Source: an uncultured Dehalococcoidales bacterium
Lineage (GTDB): Bacteria > Chloroflexota > Dehalococcoidia > E44-bin15
Direction: 5' to 3'
DNA: 64,000 nt
Assembly (NCBI GenBank): GCA_964428725.1
Contig: CAYRYW010000001.1
Coordinates: 73,238-137,237 of the forward strand
Positions 17,542 through 29,774 of this stretch are shown here, piece by piece; the stretch's first letter is position 1, and each line of letters begins with the position of its first letter. The translations under genes were made by a program, and so were the position numbers. The notes beneath the pieces are model-generated. The model was not told the DNA's origin. It saw only the letters and a list, made by a program, of their open reading frames with translations, and ran no database searches.

Positions 17542-18885
17542 ATGACTCGAAAACGTGGCACTGAAACCGAATACCTGATCATCGGCAACTCAGCCGGGGC
17601 AATCGGCGCGGCGGAAGCCATACGCGAGGCGGATGCCGCAGGGACGCTGACGATGGTCTCCGATGAGCCCTACCCGGCCTACTCGCGGCCGCTGATAGCC
17701 AAGTACCTGGCGGGGGAGCGCGGCTTCGACCGCATGCTGTACCGGCCGGCGGATTTCTACGAGCGCAACGCCATCCGTTTACTGCCCGGGAAGAGGGCGA
17801 CGGGTTTGGATTTGGATGACCACGTCGTCACGCTGGAGGGCGGCGAGCGTATACGCTGGAAGAGGCTGCTGATAGCCAGCGGCGGCAGGCCCATAGTCCC
17901 GCAGGTGAGCGGCATGGATAAGAGGGGCGTGTTCAACTTCATCACCTTCGATGATGCCCGGGCCATCGACGGCTTCCTGGGGAACGCCACCTCAGCGGTC
18001 GTCATCGGCGGCGGCCTGATCGGGATCAGTGCCAGCGAGGCCCTGGCCCGGCGGGGGATAGCGGTCACCATAGTCGAGATGAAGGAGGGGATACTCAACA
18101 CCATACTGGATGCGGAGGCCTCGGCGATGGCCGCGGCGGCAGTGGAAAGTGCCGGCGTCCGGATTATCGTCGGGCATACGGTAGCGGAGGTCAAGGGCAG
18201 GGAGCTGGTTACCAGCGTCGTTCTGGATAACGGAGAAACCATAGCCTGCAGTCTCGTAGTGGTGGCTATCGGCGTCCTGCCGCGCATCGACCTGGCACAG
18301 GGCTCAGGTATCGCCGTCAACCGGGGCATCGTGGTCGACCGCAGGATGGCCACCAGCCACCCGGACGTTTTCGCCTGCGGCGACGCGGCCGAATCGTACG
18401 ATTTCGTCATCGGCGGCAATCGTCTTACGCCCGTATGGCCCAACGCCCACATCGGCGGGAGGATAGCCGGTTTCAACATGGCGGGCGTCGAAAAGGAGTA
18501 TGGCGGCGGCACGGCCATGAACTCGCTGACCTATTTCGGCACCAGCATAGTCTCCGCCGGGTCGGTGACAGGGACAGGCGATGAGGGTTGCGAGGTGCTG
18601 GTGCGCCGGGGGAATGGGACGTATAAAAAAGTCATATTGAGGGACGATGTCATGGTGGGGCTGATCTGCATCGGCGATATCGAAAAATCGGGGATGCTTT
18701 ACGGCCTCATGCGGGACAGGGTGAACGTGCGCGATTTCAAGGGCAAACTCCTCGATGACGACTTCGGGCTGGTGCACCTGCCGCGCGAGCTGTGGCAGCG
18801 GAAGCTGGGGATGTCTCCGTCTGCCGATGCCGCCTCGCCGGGCGTATCGCCGGAGGAAGGGGTTACGGCCCGTGCCGGGGAATGA
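17542..18885 (+). CDS. FAD/NAD(P)-dependent pyridine nucleotide-disulfide oxidoreductase (probable electron-input subunit of the split glutamate synthase)
   Basis: IIGNSAGAIGAA, YSRP, VIGGGLIG and FACGD motifs. Confidence 0.85.
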   Translation: MTRKRGTETEYLIIGNSAGAIGAAEAIREADAAGTLTMVSDEPYPAYSRPLIAKYLAGERGFDRMLYRPADFYERNAIRLLPGKRATGLDLDDHVVTLEGGERIRWKRLLIASGGRPIVPQVSGMDKRGVFNFITFDDARAIDGFLGNATSAVVIGGGLIGISASEALARRGIAVTIVEMKEGILNTILDAEASAMAAAAVESAGVRIIVGHTVAEVKGRELVTSVVLDNGETIACSLVVVAIGVLPRIDLAQGSGIAVNRGIVVDRRMATSHPDVFACGDAAESYDFVIGGNRLTPVWPNAHIGGRIAGFNMAGVEKEYGGGTAMNSLTYFGTSIVSAGSVTGTGDEGCEVLVRRGNGTYKKVILRDDVMVGLICIGDIEKSGMLYGLMRDRVNVRDFKGKLLDDDFGLVHLPRELWQRKLGMSPSADAASPGVSPEEGVTARAGE

Positions 18886-18909
18886 GTGTCGTATGTGCGA
18901 GGGACAATC

Positions 18910-20049
18910 ATGAGGGATCTGCGAGCGATAAATAATCCGTACGGCGACGATAAGGTCATCGACGCCTGCTCCATATTCGGGGCGATGGATACCTGCGGGC
19001 GCCGCTTCAGGGGCACCGGCGTGATACGGGCCATCGCCAACATGCACTTCCGGGGCAACGGTCTGGGTGGCGGCTTCGCCGTCTACGGGCTGTATCCGGA
19101 TTATGCCGAACATTACGCCTTCCACGTCATGTACCTGGACGCGGGAGCCAGGGCCGGGGTCGAGACATACCTGCGGCAACATTTTGTCGTCGACATGGCG
19201 GAGGAGGTCCCCACCAGGCCGACGCCGGCGATAAAAGATCCCCCGCTGGTCTGGCGTTATTTCCTGCGGGTCGACCCGTGCAGGTGCGAGCCGGCCTCCG
19301 CCGATGATTTCGTCGTATCACGGGTCATGGAGATCAACGCCGGCTTCGATGGCTCGTTCGTATTCTCCAGCGGGAAGGACATGGCCGTGTTCAAGGGGGT
19401 GGGCTATCCGGAGGAGATCGCCGAGTTCTTCTGCCTGGAGCAGTACGAGGGGTACCTGTGGACCGCGCATGGTAGGTTCCCCACCAACACGCCCGGATGG
19501 TGGGGCGGGGCGCACCCGTTCAACATACTCGATTGGACCGTGGTGCACAACGGCGAGATATCGTCCTACGGTACCAACCGGCGTTTCCTCGAGGAGTACG
19601 GCTACCGGTGCACCCTGCAGACCGATACCGAGGTGGTGGCCTACGCCGTCGACCTGCTCGTGCGGAGACACGGATTGCCGGTCGAAGCGGTGGCCAAAGT
19701 GCTGGCGGCGCCGTTCTGGGACGATATCGAGCGCGCGCCCGCCGCGCAGCGGGAGCTGTGGCTGGCGTTGCGGCAGGCGTACGGCGGCCTCCTGCTCAAC
19801 GGGCCGTTCACCGTGATAATCGCCCACCACGGCGAGATGATCGGGCTGACCGACAGGATACGTCTGCGCCCGCTGACCGTGGGCACCAGCGGCAGCATGT
19901 TATACCTGTCGTCCGAGGAGTCGGCCATCTGGCTCATATGCCCGGAGCTCGACCGATCCTGGAGTCCCGTGGGGGGAGAGCCGGTGGTGGGCAGCCTGAA
20001 ACAGCCGCTGACGCAGCAGCCGGTGCCGTCGGCCGGAAGGGAGGCATGA
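18910..20049 (+). CDS. Class II glutamine amidotransferase (glutamate synthase domain 1, GltB1-type)
   Basis: [26 protein letters not shown] and TDTE motifs; alternative GTG start at 18886. Confidence 0.85.
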   Translation: MRDLRAINNPYGDDKVIDACSIFGAMDTCGRRFRGTGVIRAIANMHFRGNGLGGGFAVYGLYPDYAEHYAFHVMYLDAGARAGVETYLRQHFVVDMAEEVPTRPTPAIKDPPLVWRYFLRVDPCRCEPASADDFVVSRVMEINAGFDGSFVFSSGKDMAVFKGVGYPEEIAEFFCLEQYEGYLWTAHGRFPTNTPGWWGGAHPFNILDWTVVHNGEISSYGTNRRFLEEYGYRCTLQTDTEVVAYAVDLLVRRHGLPVEAVAKVLAAPFWDDIERAPAAQRELWLALRQAYGGLLLNGPFTVIIAHHGEMIGLTDRIRLRPLTVGTSGSMLYLSSEESAIWLICPELDRSWSPVGGEPVVGSLKQPLTQQPVPSAGREA

Positions 20050-20050
20050 T

Positions 20051-20854
20051 ATGTTGACCCGGAGGATAATACCCTGTCTGGACGTTACCGGCGGCCGCGT
20101 GGTCAAAGGGACGAGCTTCACCAGCCTGCGCGATGCGGGAGACCCGGTGGAGCTGGCGTCTCTGTACTATCGCGAGGGGGCCGATGAGTTGGTGTTCCTG
20201 GATATCGGGGCTACGCCGGAGGGGCGCGACATCATGGCGGACGTGGTGGAACGCGTATCGGAGCGGGTCTTCATCCCGCTGACCGTCGGCGGCGGGCTGC
20301 GCAGCGCGGGCGACATGCGCCATATGCTTGAGGCCGGCGCGGACAAGGTGAGCGTCAACACCGGGGCGGTGCTCGATCCCGGTCTAATCTCGCAGGGCGC
20401 CAGGCGTTTCGGCTCCCAGTGCATCGTGCTGGCAATCGACGCCCGCCGCACTGTCGGCAGCGACGCCGTGCGCTGGGAGGTGCTGACGCACGGGGGGCGG
20501 AAACCCACCGGGATCGACGCCGTGCGCTGGGCCATTCAGGCCGTCGGGCTGGGGGCGGGCGAGATACTGCTCACCAGCTGGGACGCCGATGGACAGCAGC
20601 GGGGCTATGACATCGAGCTGACGCGGGCTATCAGCGAGGGGGTGCCGGTGCCGGTCATCGCCAGCGGAGGCGCCGGCAGCCTGGAGCACCTGTACGAGGT
20701 GCTCGTGAACGGCAAAGCGGACGCGGTCCTTGCCGCCAGCATATTCCATTATCGCACATACTCGATCGAACAGGTGAAGGGATACCTCGCAGGGAGGGGG
20801 ATACCCGTGCGCCGGGTCGAAGCGGATGGAAGGATCGAGGAGGTTCGAAGGTGA
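20051..20854 (+). CDS. hisF: Imidazole glycerol phosphate synthase cyclase subunit
   Basis: [32 protein letters not shown] and IASGGAG motifs. Confidence 0.95.
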   Translation: MLTRRIIPCLDVTGGRVVKGTSFTSLRDAGDPVELASLYYREGADELVFLDIGATPEGRDIMADVVERVSERVFIPLTVGGGLRSAGDMRHMLEAGADKVSVNTGAVLDPGLISQGARRFGSQCIVLAIDARRTVGSDAVRWEVLTHGGRKPTGIDAVRWAIQAVGLGAGEILLTSWDADGQQRGYDIELTRAISEGVPVPVIASGGAGSLEHLYEVLVNGKADAVLAASIFHYRTYSIEQVKGYLAGRGIPVRRVEADGRIEEVRR

Positions 20855-22356
20855 AGACATATCTGCCTCCCAAGTTCATAGTCGAGCGGGACGCGGAGCG
20901 CTGCATACAGTGCCAGGTGTGCGTCAACCAGTGCTCCTTCGATGCGCACTATTACGACGCCGACGATGACCAGGTGAAGAGCCGCGAGGGTGCCTGCGTG
21001 GGGTGTCACCGCTGCGTCCTGTTCTGCCCGACCTATGCCTTGAATGTGAAGAAGGTGCCGCTGGACTACCGCGATAACTACAACTGGCGGCCCGAGTACG
21101 TCGAGGACATAATAAAGCAGGCCGAGACCGGCGGCGTGCTGCTCACCGGCATGGGCAACGACAAATCCTATCGCATTTACTGGGATCACCTGGTGCTCAA
21201 TGCCAGCCAGGTCACCAACCCCTCCATCGACCCGCTGCGTGAGCCCATGGAGCTCACGACGTACATCGGCAAGAAACCGGATCGAGTGGAGTTGAGCCCC
21301 GATGGGAAGAGCCTGAAGACGCGGATCGCGCCGCAGGTAAAGCTGGACATACCCGTCATGTTCTCCGCCATGTCCTACGGGGCGGTAAGCCTGAACGTGC
21401 AGGAGTCGCTGGCGCGCGCCGCCACCGCGTCCGGTACGCTGTGGAACACGGGCGAGGGCGGACTGCATCCCAGCCTGTATAAATATGCCGACAACACCAT
21501 CGTGCAGGTGGCATCGGGGCGCTTCGGCGTCCACGCAGGTTATCTGGATGCCGGACGGATAGTCGAGATCAAGATAGGGCAGGGCGCCAAGCCCGGAATC
21601 GGGGGGCACCTGCCGGGCGAGAAGGTGAGCGCCGACGTATCCTCCACCAGGATGATACCCCGGGGAACCGATGCCCTGTCACCGGCGCCCCAGCACGATA
21701 TCTATTCCATCGAGGACCTGGCGCAGCTGGTGCATGCGCTGAAGGAGGCCACCAATTACACCAAGCCGATATCGGTCAAGATAGCCGCCGTGCACAACTC
21801 GGCGGCCATCGCCAGCGGCATGGTGCGGGCCGGCGCCGACATGATAGTGCTGGACGGCCTGCGCGGCTCGACCGGGGCGGCGCCCAAGATCATACGCGAC
21901 AACGTGGGCATACCCATCGAGATGGCGCTGGCCGCGGTGGACACACGGTTGCGAAAGGAAGGCATCCGCAGCCAGGCCTCCCTCGTCATCGCCGGCGGCA
22001 TCAGGAACAGCGGCGATGTGGCCAAGGCCATCGCACTGGGCGCCGATGCGGTTTACATCGGCACGGCGGCGCTGGTGGCCCTTGGCTGCTGCCTGTGCCA
22101 GCAGTGCCACACCGGCAAATGCGCCTGGGGCATATGCACCACCGACCTTGCGCTCACCAGGCGCATAAACCCCGATATCGGCGCCAGGCGGCTGACCAAC
22201 CTGCTCCGCGGCTGGAGCCTGGAGCTCAAGGAGATACTCGGCGGCATGGGGATCAACGCCCTGGAGAGCATGCGCGGCAACCGGCTGCACCTCAGGGGAG
22301 TCGGCCTGACCGATACCGAGATGGAAATACTGGGCGTAAGGATGGCAGGTGATTGA
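20851..22356 (+). CDS. Glutamate synthase FMN-binding subunit with N-terminal ferredoxin domain (GltB2-type)
   Basis: Two CxxCxxC clusters; [42 protein letters not shown]. Confidence 0.9.
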   Translation: MKTYLPPKFIVERDAERCIQCQVCVNQCSFDAHYYDADDDQVKSREGACVGCHRCVLFCPTYALNVKKVPLDYRDNYNWRPEYVEDIIKQAETGGVLLTGMGNDKSYRIYWDHLVLNASQVTNPSIDPLREPMELTTYIGKKPDRVELSPDGKSLKTRIAPQVKLDIPVMFSAMSYGAVSLNVQESLARAATASGTLWNTGEGGLHPSLYKYADNTIVQVASGRFGVHAGYLDAGRIVEIKIGQGAKPGIGGHLPGEKVSADVSSTRMIPRGTDALSPAPQHDIYSIEDLAQLVHALKEATNYTKPISVKIAAVHNSAAIASGMVRAGADMIVLDGLRGSTGAAPKIIRDNVGIPIEMALAAVDTRLRKEGIRSQASLVIAGGIRNSGDVAKAIALGADAVYIGTAALVALGCCLCQQCHTGKCAWGICTTDLALTRRINPDIGARRLTNLLRGWSLELKEILGGMGINALESMRGNRLHLRGVGLTDTEMEILGVRMAGD

Positions 22357-23131
22357 AATGGTTAACCAGTTGATGGACAAAAAAGTTATCTGTACAGGCA
22401 GGATCGATGCTGAGGGCCTCGGCCACCGCGAGCTGAACGCCGCGATGCGCGATGCCGTTGCCGGTGGGGCCCGCAGGCTGGAGCTGTTCAACGTTTACGG
22501 GCAGCGGTACATCGGCACCGATATCGATGGCCCTGTCGAGATCGACATACACGGCGTCCCCGGCAACGACCTGGGGGCGTTCATGGACGGGCCGCGGATC
22601 ACGGTGCACGGCAATGCCCAGGACGGCTGCGGCAACACCATGAACGCGGGCGAGATAGTCGTGCACGGACACGCCGGCGACATAACCGGGCTGGCGGCCC
22701 GCGGCGGGAAGATCTTCGTGAAAGAGGACGTTGGCTACCGCGCCGCGATACACATGAAGGAGTACGGGGACCAGAGACCTGTCCTGGTGATCGGGGGCAC
22801 CGCTCAGGATTTCTTCGGCGAGTATATGGCCGGAGGCGTCGTCGTCCTGCTGGGGCTCAACCTGTCGGAAGGGCAGAAGCACCGTGCCAGGTTCATCGGC
22901 ACCGGGATGCACGGCGGCGTCATATACCTCAGGGGCGAGGTGGAAAGCTATCAACTGGGCAAAGAGGTGGGCGTCGCAGAGCTCAACGACGACGATGTCC
23001 GAACCCTGAAGCGGCTCGTGGAGGAGTTCGCATCTCACTTCGGATACGCTGCCGGCACGATAATGGATCGCAAGTTTATCAAGCTATTCCCGCTGTGGCT
23101 CAGGCCATACGGCAGGCTGTATGCCTATTAG
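22349..23131 (+). CDS. Glutamate synthase GXGXG-domain subunit (GltB3-type)
   Basis: GNDLGAFMDG, GNTMNAG, GEYMAGG and GTGMHGG repeats. Confidence 0.9.
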   Translation: MIEMVNQLMDKKVICTGRIDAEGLGHRELNAAMRDAVAGGARRLELFNVYGQRYIGTDIDGPVEIDIHGVPGNDLGAFMDGPRITVHGNAQDGCGNTMNAGEIVVHGHAGDITGLAARGGKIFVKEDVGYRAAIHMKEYGDQRPVLVIGGTAQDFFGEYMAGGVVVLLGLNLSEGQKHRARFIGTGMHGGVIYLRGEVESYQLGKEVGVAELNDDDVRTLKRLVEEFASHFGYAAGTIMDRKFIKLFPLWLRPYGRLYAY

Positions 23132-23142
23132 GGAGGTCGATC

Positions 23143-23811
23143 TTGCTCACCGCCATAGTGGTATCGCAAAAACCGGAGCAGTTCAGGGAATTAAATTCCA
23201 GCCTGACTTCTCTGGGTTTGAATTGTTCGCTAATACAGAGTGCCAATGGTGACATAGATGACATGCCGGGACGGGACCCCGACCTGGTGCTCATCGCTAT
23301 CAATGGTGCCTCGCCAGGTTCGGCATTCTTCAACCTTCCGTCGAAGATTAAAAAGGAAAGGCGGCTGCCGGTTATCGCTCTCCTTTCGAGGGAGGCCATG
23401 GCCAATGCGGGCTCGCTCGCAGGCATCGACGACTTCGTTTTAGAGCCGTGGGACGCCGCCGAAGTTGCCGCCAGGGCCGGGATGACCCTGCGCCGCCTGC
23501 GCAACGTGGACAGCGAGAGACTGGTAAAGGTCGGCGACCTTGAGATCGATCTCGACAATTGCGAGGTGACGGTGGGCGGCAGGACGATCGACCTGACATT
23601 CAAAGAATACGAGCTGCTGCGGTTTCTCGCCACCAACAGGGGCAGAGCCTTCACCCGCGATGTGCTGCTGGACAAGGTGTGGGGATACGACTACTTCGGC
23701 GGGGACAGGACGGTGGATGTCCACATCAGGCGCCTGCGGGGCAAGATCGAGGACGCCAGCCATACCTTCATCGAGACCGTGCGAAATATCGGCTACAGGT
23801 TTGTGAGGTAA
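23143..23811 (+). CDS. OmpR-family regulator with atypical receiver domain, GlnR-like
   Basis: TTG start after GGAGG; winged helix LTFKEYELL...VWGYDYFGGDRTVDVHIRRLR; PDLVLIAI has Ala where the phospho-Asp is expected. Confidence 0.85.
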   Translation: MLTAIVVSQKPEQFRELNSSLTSLGLNCSLIQSANGDIDDMPGRDPDLVLIAINGASPGSAFFNLPSKIKKERRLPVIALLSREAMANAGSLAGIDDFVLEPWDAAEVAARAGMTLRRLRNVDSERLVKVGDLEIDLDNCEVTVGGRTIDLTFKEYELLRFLATNRGRAFTRDVLLDKVWGYDYFGGDRTVDVHIRRLRGKIEDASHTFIETVRNIGYRFVR

Positions 23812-23891
23812 GAACAATCTCCCTCCAAGCTGCCATATATGTTATTGTAATTCCAATCGCTACCGGCACATTTCCGTTATCTACAATCTAT

Positions 23892-23924
23892 CTGTAGAAC
23901 GCTTGTAATATTCCTGTAACAAAT
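23892..23924 (+). promoter_or_regulatory. Three 11-bp-period direct repeats, candidate OmpR/GlnR-type operator
   Basis: ctgtagaacgc / ttgtaatattc / ctgtaacaaat, upstream of the 24009-amtB-P-II-glnA run. Confidence 0.5.
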
Positions 23925-24008
23925 ATCTTTTATCATTCAGATGACAGTAAATAGTAATCGGTAATTATTCAGTCAGGGGAATGCTACAAATAAGTGAGGT
24001 GAAGCGAC

Positions 24009-24389
24009 ATGTCTTATAATTGGGGACCGCATTTTATCGTTCCATCAGAGGTATCCAGAGTCTTCTCGTCAGGCGTAGTCCAGCTAAGGGAACGCTTCGA
24101 TGACCAGCTGTTGCAGGATGAACTGAAAGCCTTGGGCCTGCCCACTACAATAGTGCGTGTAACCAACCCGTGGTACTATCGAAAAAAGAGGGCCGATACC
24201 TGGATAAGGATCGGAGAATCGGATGATATACACGATAACTTCCCCGTGACCTGGGACACGTCACAATTGGAAGATGGACAGTACGAGGTCCTGGGGTTGA
24301 TGCACATTTTCGTGAAGAAAGGTGACATTGAGGGGGCGATAGCCAGACAGAATATCGTGGAGGTCACGGTAAAGAATACCAGGAACTGA
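24009..24389 (+). CDS. Hypothetical protein (126 aa) in the nitrogen cluster
   Basis: Good RBS (GAGGTG); C-terminal WDTSQLEDGQYEV resembles Ig-like domain strands. Confidence 0.75.
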   Translation: MSYNWGPHFIVPSEVSRVFSSGVVQLRERFDDQLLQDELKALGLPTTIVRVTNPWYYRKKRADTWIRIGESDDIHDNFPVTWDTSQLEDGQYEVLGLMHIFVKKGDIEGAIARQNIVEVTVKNTRN

Positions 24390-24483
24390 CAGCCATATCA
24401 TTATCGTTTTCGTACAGGCTGATCCTTATTTGTCGATACAATCGCTCTAATTAACGCAGTAAACGTTTCGGAAGATTTGTGAG

Positions 24484-26045
<1,562 letters not shown>

Positions 26046-26057
26046 GAAGGAGGATAA

Positions 26058-27401
26058 ATGGCAGAGAAAAGTAAAAGTGAAAGCAAGGAATATGTGCTGA
26101 AGAAAGCCAAGGAACATAATGTTAAGTTCATACGATTGTGGTTTACCGATATACTGGGCATGCTCAAGAGCTTTACTATCACTGTAAGTGAACTGGAGGG
26201 CGCGCTGGGAAACGGCATGGGCTTCGATGGCTCATCCATTGAGGGATTTGCCCGTATAGATGAGAGCGATATGGTAGCCATGCCGGACCCGGACACATTT
26301 CAGCTGATTCCATGGCGACCCAAGGAATATCACGCTGTAGCGCGCATGTTCTGCGATGTGCTGCGGCCCGGCGGCCAGCCGTTCGAAGGCGATCCGCGCT
26401 ACGTTTTGAAGACTAACCTTGAACGCGCTGCCAGCAAGGGATACACATTTTATGTGGGCCCGGAGCTGGAATACTTCTATTTCAAGGATGCCAAGAGCAC
26501 CGAGCCGCTGGATAGGGGAGGCTACTTCGATATCACACCTCTGGACACCGCTTCCGATCTGCGGCGGGAAACCGTGCTCACGCTGGAGCAGGTCGGCATA
26601 GGCGTAGAGTATTCACACCATGAGGTAGCCTACAGCCAGCACGAGATCGACATGCGCTATACCGATGCATTGACTATGGCCGATAACGTTATGACCTACC
26701 GCCTGGTAGTCAAGCAGGTCGCCCTGAATCAGGGTGTGTACGCCACCTTCATGCCCAAGCCTGTTTCCGGCATGAATGGCAGCGGCATGCATGTGCATCA
26801 GTCCCTGTTTAAAAATGGTCGGAATGCATTCTTTGATGTCAAGGATTCTTACAACCTGTCGAAGATAGCCAAGTGCTATATAGCTGGATTGCTCAAGCAT
26901 GCGCCGGAGATCACTGCGGTCACCAACCAGTGGGTTAACTCGTACAAGAGGCTGATACCGGGATATGAGGCGCCGGTCTACATCTCATGGGCCAGGCGCA
27001 ACCGCTCGGACCTGATCCGTGTACCGGAGTACCAGCCGGGCAAGGAGAATTCCACCAGGATAGAGCTGCGGTCGCCGGACCCGGCCTGCAATCCATACCT
27101 GGCCTTCAGCGTAATGCTGGCCGCCGGGCTGGAAGGGATAGAGAAGGGTTACGAGATACCGGAACCGATAGAGGAGAACGTCTACGAGATGGGCTGTGAG
27201 GAGCGCGAGAATCGAGGCATCGGAACGCTGCCCGGGAGCCTGATAGAGGCGCTACAGCTTGCGGAGAAGAGCGATATCGTGCGCAAGGCCCTCGGAGAGC
27301 ACGTATTCAAGTCCTTTATCCAGAATAAGAAGATAGAGTGGGACCTTTATCGTTCTCAGGTAACCAACTACGAGCTGGACAGATATCTGCCGATATTGTG
27401 A
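26058..27401 (+). CDS. glnA: Glutamine synthetase type I
   Basis: FDGSSIEG, GPELEYF, HHEVA, FMPKP...NGSGMHVH, RIELRSPD. Confidence 0.97.
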   Translation: MAEKSKSESKEYVLKKAKEHNVKFIRLWFTDILGMLKSFTITVSELEGALGNGMGFDGSSIEGFARIDESDMVAMPDPDTFQLIPWRPKEYHAVARMFCDVLRPGGQPFEGDPRYVLKTNLERAASKGYTFYVGPELEYFYFKDAKSTEPLDRGGYFDITPLDTASDLRRETVLTLEQVGIGVEYSHHEVAYSQHEIDMRYTDALTMADNVMTYRLVVKQVALNQGVYATFMPKPVSGMNGSGMHVHQSLFKNGRNAFFDVKDSYNLSKIAKCYIAGLLKHAPEITAVTNQWVNSYKRLIPGYEAPVYISWARRNRSDLIRVPEYQPGKENSTRIELRSPDPACNPYLAFSVMLAAGLEGIEKGYEIPEPIEENVYEMGCEERENRGIGTLPGSLIEALQLAEKSDIVRKALGEHVFKSFIQNKKIEWDLYRSQVTNYELDRYLPIL

Positions 27402-27438
27402 TCGATGGTGGGGGACTGATACCTTCGGGGTGTTTCCT

Positions 27439-29172
27439 ATGCGCCGCTTGCGCGTCGGCATCGGACAGATGAACACCATTGTCGGCGATTTCGCCGGCAA
27501 CGCAGAGAAGATCGTGGAGATCGTCTCTCAGTCTAAAGCGCTGGGGGTCGACCTCTTGACATTCCCCGAACTCGCCACCTGCGGCTACCCGCCGGAAGAC
27601 CTGCTGTTCAAGCCCCGATTCATTGAGGAAAACCTCAACTGCCTTGAAGCGGTAGTCAAATCCTCAGCCGGGATAAATATTGTCGTAGGTTTCGTCGATC
27701 AGCATGATGGTCTATACAATGCTGCGGCCGTAATAGTCGATGGCAAACTTGCCGGCGTATATCATAAGATATTCCTGCCCAACTACGGTGTCTTCGATGA
27801 ACACCGCTACTTCAGGCCCGGCGGTGAATGCTCCGTGTTTGTGATCGCCGGCGTGTCTGTCGGCGTCACCATCTGCGAAGACATCTGGTTCGATGCGGGG
27901 CCACACGTAGTGCAGGCCGATTCGGGTGCAGAGGTCCTGGTTAATATCAGCGCATCCCCCTACCATTTCGGTAAAAGCGACAAGAGAACGGAAATGCTGC
28001 AGGAACGGGCACGCGATAACCAGTCCGCTGTGGTCTACTGTAACCTCGTGGGAGGACAGGACGAGCTGGTGTTCGATGGCAACGGATTGGTTCTGGATCA
28101 CGACGGCCGGCTTATCGCCATGGGGAAGCAGTTCGAAGAAGACTTGGTGGTGGCTGATATCGATGTAAACGCCATAGCTGAGGCGCGGCGATCGAACGCC
28201 AGGCGGCACAAGGCTGCATTGCCACCAGAGGCCATCCATTGGCGAAAGAGAAAGGTGTTGATTTCCAGGTTCGCATACGATGTTGACAAACCCACTCTGC
28301 CTGCAAGGTCGTTCCAGACAAAAGGCTCGCTGGCCGAGGTCTATGATGCGCTGGTGCTGGGCACTCGCGATTACGTGTTAAAGAATGGCTTTAATATGGC
28401 GGCTATCGGACTCTCAGGCGGTATAGATTCCAGCATGGTGGCAACCATTGCCACCGACGCGATCGGGCCGACAAATGTAATCGGCGTGACCATGCCATCG
28501 CGATACTCCTCCCCTGGAAGTGTGGTCGACTCTGAATCCCTGGCGTTGAATCTGGGCATCAGGTTATTGAATATCCCTATAGAGACGATATTTGAAAATT
28601 ACCTCGAGACACTGGAACCGCATTTCGGGGATACCGCATCGGGGGTGGCGGAGGAGAACCTTCAGGCGCGCATCAGGGGTAACCTGATGATGGCGCTGTC
28701 GAACAAGTTCGGTTGGCTGGTGCTTACCACGGGCAACAAGAGCGAAATGGCCACAGGCTACGCCACTTTATATGGCGATATGGCCGGGGGCTTTGCCGTG
28801 ATCAAAGATGTAACCAAAACGCTCGTATATCAACTGTGTCGTTATCGCAATTCGCTGTCGGCTTCGCCAATCATCCCCGATAGCGTAATGCTTAAGCCAC
28901 CTTCGGCGGAGCTGCGGCCCAATCAGAGAGATATCGATAGTCTGCCGCCGTATGACATCCTCGACCCGATACTGATAGCTTATGTAGAAGAGGATAAAGA
29001 CGTACGTCAAATTGCGAAGATGGGTTATTCGGAAGATATAGTTAAGCGTGTTGCTCAACTGGTTGACCGCAGCGAGTACAAGCGCAGGCAATCACCACCA
29101 GGGATCAAGATAACCCCGCGGGCTTTTGGCAGAGACAGGCGTTTGCCGATAACAAACCGTTTTGCAGGTTGA
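27439..29172 (+). CDS. nadE: Glutamine-dependent NAD+ synthetase
   Basis: Nitrilase domain (FPEL, K, ICED) fused to SGGIDS, ENLQARIRG and TGNKSE synthetase motifs. Confidence 0.95.
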   Translation: MRRLRVGIGQMNTIVGDFAGNAEKIVEIVSQSKALGVDLLTFPELATCGYPPEDLLFKPRFIEENLNCLEAVVKSSAGINIVVGFVDQHDGLYNAAAVIVDGKLAGVYHKIFLPNYGVFDEHRYFRPGGECSVFVIAGVSVGVTICEDIWFDAGPHVVQADSGAEVLVNISASPYHFGKSDKRTEMLQERARDNQSAVVYCNLVGGQDELVFDGNGLVLDHDGRLIAMGKQFEEDLVVADIDVNAIAEARRSNARRHKAALPPEAIHWRKRKVLISRFAYDVDKPTLPARSFQTKGSLAEVYDALVLGTRDYVLKNGFNMAAIGLSGGIDSSMVATIATDAIGPTNVIGVTMPSRYSSPGSVVDSESLALNLGIRLLNIPIETIFENYLETLEPHFGDTASGVAEENLQARIRGNLMMALSNKFGWLVLTTGNKSEMATGYATLYGDMAGGFAVIKDVTKTLVYQLCRYRNSLSASPIIPDSVMLKPPSAELRPNQRDIDSLPPYDILDPILIAYVEEDKDVRQIAKMGYSEDIVKRVAQLVDRSEYKRRQSPPGIKITPRAFGRDRRLPITNRFAG

Positions 29173-29329
29173 ATATTTTAGCATCTTTTATCCTAAATTA
29201 TATTTTGTTATTACCAAAAAAAGCTTTGATGCGGGTCAATGACATCGGTTCAATGGATGGATACCGCATTTTCCGTATAACACACATTAAAATAAATGAA
29301 AATACTTATAAAAATACGGGTCATTTTGC

Positions 29330-29358
29330 TTGACAGATGACCCAATTTCGTGTATAGT
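29330..29358 (+). promoter_or_regulatory. Sigma70-type promoter with no obvious downstream CDS
   Basis: TTGACA (29330-29335), 17 bp spacer, TATAGT (29353-29358). Confidence 0.55.
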
Positions 29359-29774
29359 CAGGCTGGATATGCGATAAGTGTTGTGGTTATGCTTGTGGAT
29401 ATAGGACAAGTTTCAGGAACTGGCAACAGGGCATATCGCCACCTTATTCCGCATGTAAAGAAGCAAACAAGAACCTAGTTTAATATTAGCTGAATCTACT
29501 TCTGGCATTCTCAATACATATGTTGTTCAGGGGAGGGAGTCAACCAACAGGCAAACCTCACCGATTTGCCGCCACCATGGCTCTGCCAGCCTCTCCCTCC
29601 CCTAAATAAACAACACAGGTCCCCCCGGTCCGCAATTAGTTTCGCCATATCTATCGCAGTGTCACCGGATTTTTAAGGTAATGAGCATATTTATCAGGGC
29701 TCATGTCGAATTCGATGCAAGGCTGATTGCATATTTTGCCTGAGCGGTATGTTTTAGGTTATAATTCGCATCTG

